A DNA stretch of 64,000 nucleotides from Octopus sinensis (taxonomy: Eukaryota): the NCBI RefSeq assembly GCF_006345805.1, contig NC_043007.1, positions 30,752,001 to 30,816,000 of the forward strand. The letters run 5' to 3'. The position numbers and the translations under genes are program-made. Below, one piece after another: positions 55,761 through 64,000 of this stretch (positions within the stretch are counted from its first letter, which is position 1; every line of letters begins with the position of its first letter). The notes beneath the pieces are model-generated. The model ran no database searches. It was not told the origin of the DNA and saw only the letters and a list, made by a program, of their open reading frames with translations.

Positions 55761-57021
55761 CTGAAATGAGAGAAAAATTGAGCAAAATTCAGATTTTACA
55801 GAAACAATATATATACCTTGGGTTTATATACACATCAGACCCACCCATCCAAAGTACCTTGGATTGCAGAATGACCTGCTGTGCTTACCTTGGATCGTAG
55901 GGTGACCTGCTGTGCTTGAGGAGACCTATTGAGTTAAGTACATCAACATCAAAATAAAAATCAAATAAAAATTGTAGTTGTGATACCTGTGCCGGTGGCA
56001 TGTAAAAAGCACCATCCGAACGTGGATGATGCCAGCGCTGCCTTGACTGGCTTCTGTGCCGGTGGCACGTAAAAAGCTCCAAATGATCGTAGCTGCTGCC
56101 AGCCTCCCCTGGCACCTGTGGTGGTGGCACGTAAAAAGCACCCACTACACTCACGGAGTGGTTGGCGTTAGGAAGGGCATCCAGCTGTAGAAACAATACC
56201 AGATCAGACTGGAGCCTGGTGCAACCTCGTGGCTTTCTAGACCCTGGTCGAACCGTCCAACCAGTGCTAGCATGGAGAACGGACGTTAAACGATGATGAT
56301 GATCATCATCAGACCTTTGACTTAATAAACAATACATAAATATTAGGTTTATATATGTACATATATTCTGTAGGTTTCTCCATTTCCCCTCACATATCCA
56401 CCTACCTGCACCCAATATGCCCCTGTTCAGTCCCTCCCCCCACAACCTCTAGCTCCCACTTTCCTTTAAAAATCATGTAAGCTCACTCACCTACCCACCC
56501 TCTCCCATCTCCAGACCCCTTCTCTATATACATCCGCACCCCTTGTAACCTGGGTGTATGGCCACATCTTCACCATCTTTCTCTCCCTTCTCTATCTGAG
56601 GAAGCCATGTCCCTCTTCTAAGGCAACACCCATTTTCTGTCCCTCAAGACTACGCGGTTGAGGGGTCTTCTCCTGCAAGCTATTTGGTTATCTCACTAGT
56701 GCTGAAGCCACGTAAAAAGCCACCCAGTCCACACTCTATAAAGAAGGGTTACGGTTAGGAAGGGCTTCCAGCCATATAAAAACAGCATGGAAGCTGGTCA
56801 AGGTGGCACTGACATCGGCCACGTTCGAATGGTGCTTTTTATGTGCTGCCGGCACAGGGGGACCACAGCTACAATTTCCATTTGATTGTGATTTGATTTG
56901 TTCTTGATGTACTTGACTCAATAGGTCTCCTCAAGCAGGGTATGTTGCCCCACGATCGGGCTGACCAAAAGTCATCTGAGTGGATCTGGTAGACGGAAAC
57001 TGAAAGAATCCCATCGTACAA

Positions 57022-57064
<43 letters not shown>

Positions 57065-57619
57065 TCCTCTACCATTACGTAACAACCAGTATTGTGGTGG
57101 TTAATCTCCATGACTTATCAGTTCAACAAAGGAGACCAACAGAATGAGTACCAGGCTTTCAAACAAAACTAAAAAAAAAATGGAAAAAAAGTATTGGGGG
57201 TCGGATCATGTGACTAAAACTTCTTCGAGGCACTGCCCCAGCATGGCCACAATCCAATGACAGAAACAAGTAAAAACAAATAAAAAAAAAAGAACACTTC
57301 CTGGTTGGTACTATGTACTATGTACCACGTAGTACCTCTATAAATAAGGCCACTATTATTTCTCTGTACTAGTTGTACTACTATAACCAGTTTATGGAAT
57401 AGTTATGTAAACATTAGAATATAATTTCTAAGCAAGAATAAAACCCTGACCGCATACTTTCAGTTTTGAGTGTCCCAAATACTTCTATCAAAATTTGAAG
57501 GACCAAATAATTATTGAGGTCGAATATATCCCACTGATTAATTATTGTAACGAGGGGTGGTGGGAAGAGCTGTGTGGAATGCAGCAAACCTACTTGCTCT
57601 GTGTGTATGTGTGTGTGTG

Positions 57620-58270
57620 TGTGTGTATAATGCGCACACACTCATATACACACACTCATATACACACTCATATATACACACACACACACACTCATACACA
57701 CTCATATACACACACACACACTCATACACACACTCATATACACACACACTCATACACACACTCATACACACACTCATACACACACACTCATACACACACT
57801 CATACACTCATACACACACTCATATACACACACACACACACTCATACACACACTCATATACACCACACACACACTCATACACACACTCATATACACACAC
57901 ACTCATACACACACTCATACACCACTCATACACACACACTCATACACACACACACACACTCATACACACACTCATACACACACTCATACACACACTCATA
58001 CACACACTCATACACACACACTCATACACACACACACACTCATACACACACTCATACACACACTCATACACACACACACACACTCATACACACACTCATA
58101 CACACACTCATACACACACACACACACTCATACACACACTCATACACACACTCATACACACACTCAAAATACACACACACACTCATACACACACACACAC
58201 ACTCATACACACACTCATACACACACTCATACACACACTCAAAATACACACACACACTCATACACACACA
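57620..58270. repeat. CA-derived 12-bp array (CACACACTCATA)n
   Basis: Directly visible; it generates ORFs 57495 and 57557. Confidence 0.95.
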
Positions 58271-59149
58271 TGTATATGGGAGACGGGGGGGGTGAATTCA
58301 GATTTGTGGGAGGGAGCATAAGCTATATCATTGTGTAGTGTGTGAACAGGGGGAAAGGGAGCAGTTAGAGGAGTGGGGTAGAATATGCATGTGTATGGTG
58401 ATGGTGGTGGTGGAGGGCACCAGTAGCCATACCTGCCCTCACCTGCCTAACTACCTGCTCTTCTCTTCTCAAATCTAATCTCTCAGCTATTTCCTACTTT
58501 AGCCTCACTCTACCAACTGACATCCTGTTCCCAATACTGCCGCCACCACCACCACCGCCCTCTCCACTCTACTGGTTTCTACACCACCAACACCACCACA
58601 ACCTGTGCAGCAACTTCACTGCTACCACCCCCTCCATTATCAGCACCACACACACAAACACACATACATACAAATACGCACTTCACTGGGAGAGGCAGAA
58701 GTACTATTAAGGGTGATAGTAGAAGTAGTAGAGGTGAAGGAAGTGATAATAATGATAATAATGGTTTCAAATTTTGCCACAAGGGCAGCAGTTTCAGGGG
58801 AGGGGATGAGTCGATTACATCAACCCCAGTGTTCAACTGGTACTTATTTTATCGACCACAAAAGGATGAAAAGCAAAGTCGACCTCGGCGGAATTTGAAC
58901 TCCGAATGTAGAGGCAGACGAAATACCTATTTCTTTACTACCCACAAGGGGTTAAACACAGAGAGGACAAACAAGGACAGACAAACGGATTAAGTCGATT
59001 ATATCGACCTCGGTGCATAACTGGTACTTATTTTATCGACCCCGAAATGATGAAAGGCAAAGTCAACCTCGGCGGAATTTGAACTCACAACGTAACGGCA
59101 AACGAAACACTGCTAAGCATTTCGTCCAGCATGCTCCAACAGTCTCTGT

Positions 59150-60220
59150 CAGTTGGCCACCTTGAGCTGTCAGAAGATCCTCTAATGAAGCTTGTGTACC
59201 AGCATGATAAAGTAAAGAAGTTCTACTCAGTGTACAAAGAATCTGTAGAGTTTAAGAAACAACTGATGACGGAGGAACCTAGGATGGAGGTGAGTGAGAA
59301 AGTAACCCAGTTTGCTAAAAGAGTTAAGGAAGAGATGAAAAAAACAAGCCCAGTAGAAGAGCAAAGAAGAATGGCAGGAAAAACCGATGCAAGGACGATA
59401 CTCATGTAAAGTGAACAAACCAGATATAGAAAAACGAGACACTCATGTATGGATGAAGAGCTTAGGGCTGAAGGCTGAAACCAAAGGTTTTATCATAGCA
59501 GCACAAGATCAAAGCCTGGCAACCAGGGCTTACCACAACAAAATAATGAACGATGGCACTGACCCGAAATGCAGAATGTGTCATGAACAGGATGAAACAG
59601 TGGACCACATCTTAACTGGATGCACAGTGCTTGCAAAAACTGAATATATTCATAGACACGATAGAGTAGCGCAATATATCCATTGGAAGATATGTAAACA
59701 CTACCAGCTTCCAACTTCAGAAAGATGGTGCCAGCATAAACCTGAAACTGTGACTGGAAAAGATGATGTAACAGTACTCTGGGAATGCCAATGAACACTG
59801 ATAAAGAAATCAAGGCAAACAGGCCGGACATAATCATCAAAGATAGGAAGAATAAGAAATGCTTAATGATAGATGTGACAGTACCATCAAAGAGAAACGT
59901 GTCCATTAAAGAAGTTGAGAAGTTATTTAAGTACAAAGACCTAGAAATAGAAGTGACCAAGATGTAGGGAATGAAAAGCAGCACAGCACCAGTGGGGATT
60001 GGAGCGTTAGGGCTAATTAAAAAGGGCCTTGATAAGCAGCTCAACAAACTCCCTTGCAGTGTTGACGTGGGAGAACTCCAGAAAATAGTGTTACAAGGCT
60101 CCACACGCATTTTACGCTGTGTACTCTCCATGAGATGAGGACCTGCTGTGATCCTAAGGTCAAGGGATGACCCTGGTTCAGCAGAAGACAATGGACCATA
60201 TTTCATTTTTTTTAAAATAC
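59150..60220 (+). mobile_element. 5'-truncated R4/Dong-clade-like non-LTR retrotransposon (zinc knuckle plus REL endonuclease), pseudogenised
   Basis: WQEKPMQGRY...LKAETKGFIIAAQDQSLATR...CRMCHEQDETVDHILTGC (CCHC)...YIHRHDRVAQYIHWKIC...ANRPDIII..KKCLMIDVTVP...EVEKLFKYKDL...GALGLI...LQKIVLQGSTRILR, with frameshifts and stops. Confidence 0.85.
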
Positions 60221-60256
<36 letters not shown>

Positions 60257-62675
60257 TAATAATAATATTTTCAACTCTAGGCACAAGGCCTGAAATTTGG
60301 GGAGAGTAGGAATAGTGAATCAATTACATTGACCCCAGTATTTGACTGTTACTTATTTCATTGACCCCAAAAGGATGGAAGGTGAAGCTGAACTCAGCCG
60401 CATTTGAACTCCAAATATCAAGACAGACCAAAGTGCCACCAAGTATTTTTCCCAGCACCAAAATGGTTCTCTCTCCCTCTTTGGTCAGTCAAATAAATAT
60501 TAAGTGCCCTCTACACTAACACCTACCTATCTCCCCCCTCACCTCCCCACTTCTGGCTTCCCTCCTGTCATCATTCCTGCCTCTACTCCTTAAGGTACCA
60601 AGGGCCCTTCACGTTTCCTTTTACTTAGTGTACAGTAAAGTGGTTGGCAAGCGAGCAGAGAGAGAGTGTAGGGCTGTGAAGTCCATCTGGTCCTGCTCCC
60701 ACACTGATTGCCTATTCGGCCCCTTTAGTGAGGATAGCACCAGGAGGAGGAAATACACTGGAAAATATGGAGTGGTTGGGGTCTAGGAAGGGGCATTATA
60801 TGCTGTAGAAACCAAAACAAAATGATACACACGAGTCAACCCAAGTTCTTATTTTCCCTTCTACAAAGCTTGTTACTTATTCCATTAGTCTCTTTTGCTG
60901 AACTACTAAGTAACAGGGCTGTAAATGACACTGACACTGATTGTCATGTGGTGGTGACAGACAAACACAGACACAAAGACACACACACACACACACGACT
61001 GGTTTCTTTCAGTTTCCATTGATCAAATCCACTGACAAGGTTTTGGTTGGCCCAAGGCTACAGTAGAAGACACTTGCCCAAGATGCCATGCAGAGGGACT
61101 GAACCCGGAACCATGCAACCACACAGCCATGCCTGCCCCCACCCCTCCCATATATATTTATGTTTGCTTTCCTTGACTTTGTGTGACAGTTGTAAACGAT
61201 AATCCTTTTCTACTCTAGGCACAAGGCCTGAAATTTTGGGGAAAGGAGCCAGTTGATTAGAATGACCCCAGTACACAACTAGTACTTAATTTATCGACCC
61301 TGGAAGGATGAAAGGCAAAATCGACATCGGCGGAATTTGAACTCAGAACATAGCCGCAGACGAAATACCTATTTCTTTACTACCCACAAGGGGCTAAACA
61401 CAGAGAGGACAAACAAGGACAGACAAACAGATTAAGTCGATTATATCGACTCCAGTGCGTAACTGGTACTTATTTAATCGACCCCAAAAGGATGAAAGGC
61501 AAAGTCGACCTAGGTGGAATTTGAACTCAGAATGTAAAGACAGTCAAAATACTGCTAAGCACTTCAGCTGGCGTGCTAACGTTTCTGCCAGATCACCGCC
61601 TTAAATGAATATCCCCATCATGCAAGCAGTATCCTTCACTTCCAGTTTTCCATGGAAACACGTCTGGTGATGGGGAAGCATTACCTTTCCTGGAAATAAG
61701 GGAGGGTTAGCGGCAGGAGGGGCAACTGGCTGTAGAAATCTGCCTCAACAAATCCTGTCCAACACATGAACGCATGGAAAAGTTGATGTTAAAACAATGA
61801 CGATGACATATATACATGTACATACACACATTTCATAATCATCATCATTGAAAGTCCGTTTCCCATGCCGGAAAGGGGTTGGAGTGTTTGACAAGGGGCT
61901 GGGGAAGCCAGGGAGCTGCAGCAGGCCCCAGCTGTCTGTTTTGGTGTGGGTTTTAAGGCTGGATGCCCTTCCTAGCACCAAACACTTTATGTAGCACAAT
62001 AATGAAAGCTTTTTTACATGACATGAGCACAGGTGCTTTTTATGTGGTGCCAACATGGGTCCTATTCATAACACTCAGACTATACACCTGTACACACATA
62101 TATATATATGTATGCACGTATATAAAAATAGATATGTGTGTGTGTGTGTGTGTGTTTAAGCATAGTGAACTGAGCACATTTATGTCAAAGAGAAGACTTT
62201 GTATGATTGTAGAGTAACAAAGATCACCACAGAGGAAACTGCAAGTCACTGTGACGTATTGGATTTTCTTATGTCCACTGAATACACATACGGAAAAAGA
62301 TTAATAGCTATGTGTGTCTACATGATTGTATATATATATATATATACACACACACATCAGTGTATTGATAGACAAGCAAGCTGGTGGAGAGATATTAATA
62401 GTTTGTTTTACAAAGACATATTGCTGTCTAAGTATATGTACGTGTGTATATGTAAATATATATATATATATATTGTTATTCTTTTACTTGTTTCAGTCAT
62501 TTGACTGTGGCCATGCTGGAGCACTGCCTTTAGTCATACAAATCAACCCCAGGACTTATTCTTTGTAAGCCTAGTACTTATTCTATTGGTCTTTTTTGCT
62601 GAACCACTAAGTTACAGGAGCGTAAACACACAAACATTGGTTGGCAAGCGATGTTGGGGGGACAAACACACACAG

Positions 62676-62729
<54 letters not shown>

Positions 62730-63062
62730 TATATATATATATATATATACGATGGGCTTCTTTCAGTTTCCGACTACCAAATCCACTCACAAGGCTATAG
62801 TAGAAGACACTTGCCCACTGCATGGCACCATGTGGTTCGTAAGCAAGCTACTTACCACACAGTCACTCCCGCACCTATATATATATATTTTAAATCGGTG
62901 TGCTTCAGCCCTAGGTTTCAGTTATGAACCTACAAATGCTAAAGTTGCAAGGAGCTGAATCACACTGTTTTAAATAATCATATCAGTAACTCTTACTAAT
63001 AGTACCTTGGTTTTTGAACAACTCTGATCACAAATAAATTGTGCTTCGTATATATATATATC

Positions 63063-63140
<78 letters not shown>

Positions 63141-63250
63141 CAGAGAGAGATATACATATAATATTATATAATATATATATGTATATATAGGTAGATAGAG
63201 ATAAAGCACGATTTATTCGTGATCAAAAAGTGGAGGTGCTACTGCATGTA

Positions 63251-63300
<50 letters not shown>

Positions 63301-63324
63301 AGGAGAGAGAAAGATATATATATA

Positions 63325-63527
63325 ATTGTACAGGGTACAATTATACTTAAGGGCGCAAAAAGTTGTTATGCCTTCATACGGAAAGGAGATGTCGAATTTG
63401 TCCAACCATTTTAAATGTCCACTCCAGGTGTGCATACAAGTTGGAAGCAGGAAAGTAGACTGACCAAAAATTCATAAAATATTTCAGCTATAAATAATAA
63501 CAACAACAACAATAATAATAATAATAA

Positions 63528-63575
<48 letters not shown>

Positions 63576-63737
63576 TGAATTATTTTATGAATTTTTGGTC
63601 AGTCTACTTTCCTGCTTTCAACTCATATGTACACCTGGAGTGGACATTTAAAATGGTGGGACGAATTCAACATCTTCTTTCAGCATGTAGGCATAACAGA
63701 TTTTTGTGCCCTTAAGTATAATTGTACCCTGTACAAT
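63325..63737. mobile_element. Foldback/MITE with arms of about 165 bp and an (AAT)n spacer; TA|CAGGG ends suggest Tc1/mariner type
   Basis: Left arm attgtacagggtacaattatacttaagggc...tttcagctat (63325-63490) is the reverse complement of right arm ataactgaat...gcccttaagtataattgtaccctgtacaat (63571-63737). Confidence 0.85.
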
Positions 63738-64000
63738 CAAATATCTCTATAGATGTATTTTACCTAAAAGGGTTTTCATATGCTGGTCACTGATAAAATT
63801 CATTAATTTTAATGACTTTATCCTGTAATTGTGTTTATATATATTATAAACATATATATATACATGTATATATATGTGTGTGTGTGTCTGTCTGTCTACA
63901 CACATATATATATATAATCATTCTTGGACAAGGATATTATTGACATTGATTTTGAAGTTTCAAACCACTTAAGCTGTATGTGCGTGTATACACACACACA

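Overview
This is a eukaryotic, microsatellite-saturated, AT-rich window. The repeat families and simple-repeat density suggest an octopus or other coleoid cephalopod (inference). Only two protein-coding genes can be supported, both intron-containing calmodulin-family paralogs arranged tail-to-tail about 41 kb apart. Gene 1 (+ strand; exons 2938-3081, 3705-3947, 5718-5746) is near-canonical calmodulin with 15 substitutions in 138 visible residues versus vertebrate CaM; its canonical N-terminal exons were not found in the window. Gene 2 (- strand; exons 55760-55727, 53032-52889, 50380-50138, 47084-47059) is strongly lobe-asymmetric and keeps only EF-hand 3 canonical. Both share the 144-nt and 243-nt phase-1 exon layout. 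The rest is three or more SINE families (my labels A, B, C), decayed RTE, Penelope and R4/Dong-like retroelements, MITEs, microsatellite-bracketed tandem duplications, and a 100-N gap with a probable false duplication. Nearly all ORFs in the supplied track are microsatellite artefacts. The main leads are the degenerate paralog, a CpG-depletion step near 43.4 kb, inverted SINEs flanking a stop-free 387-nt exon pair (possible circular RNA with an endless ORF), two codons that A-to-I editing would revert to canonical CaM, and a candidate signal-peptide exon for gene 1. Repeat coordinates are approximate, and all alignments and counts were done by eye.
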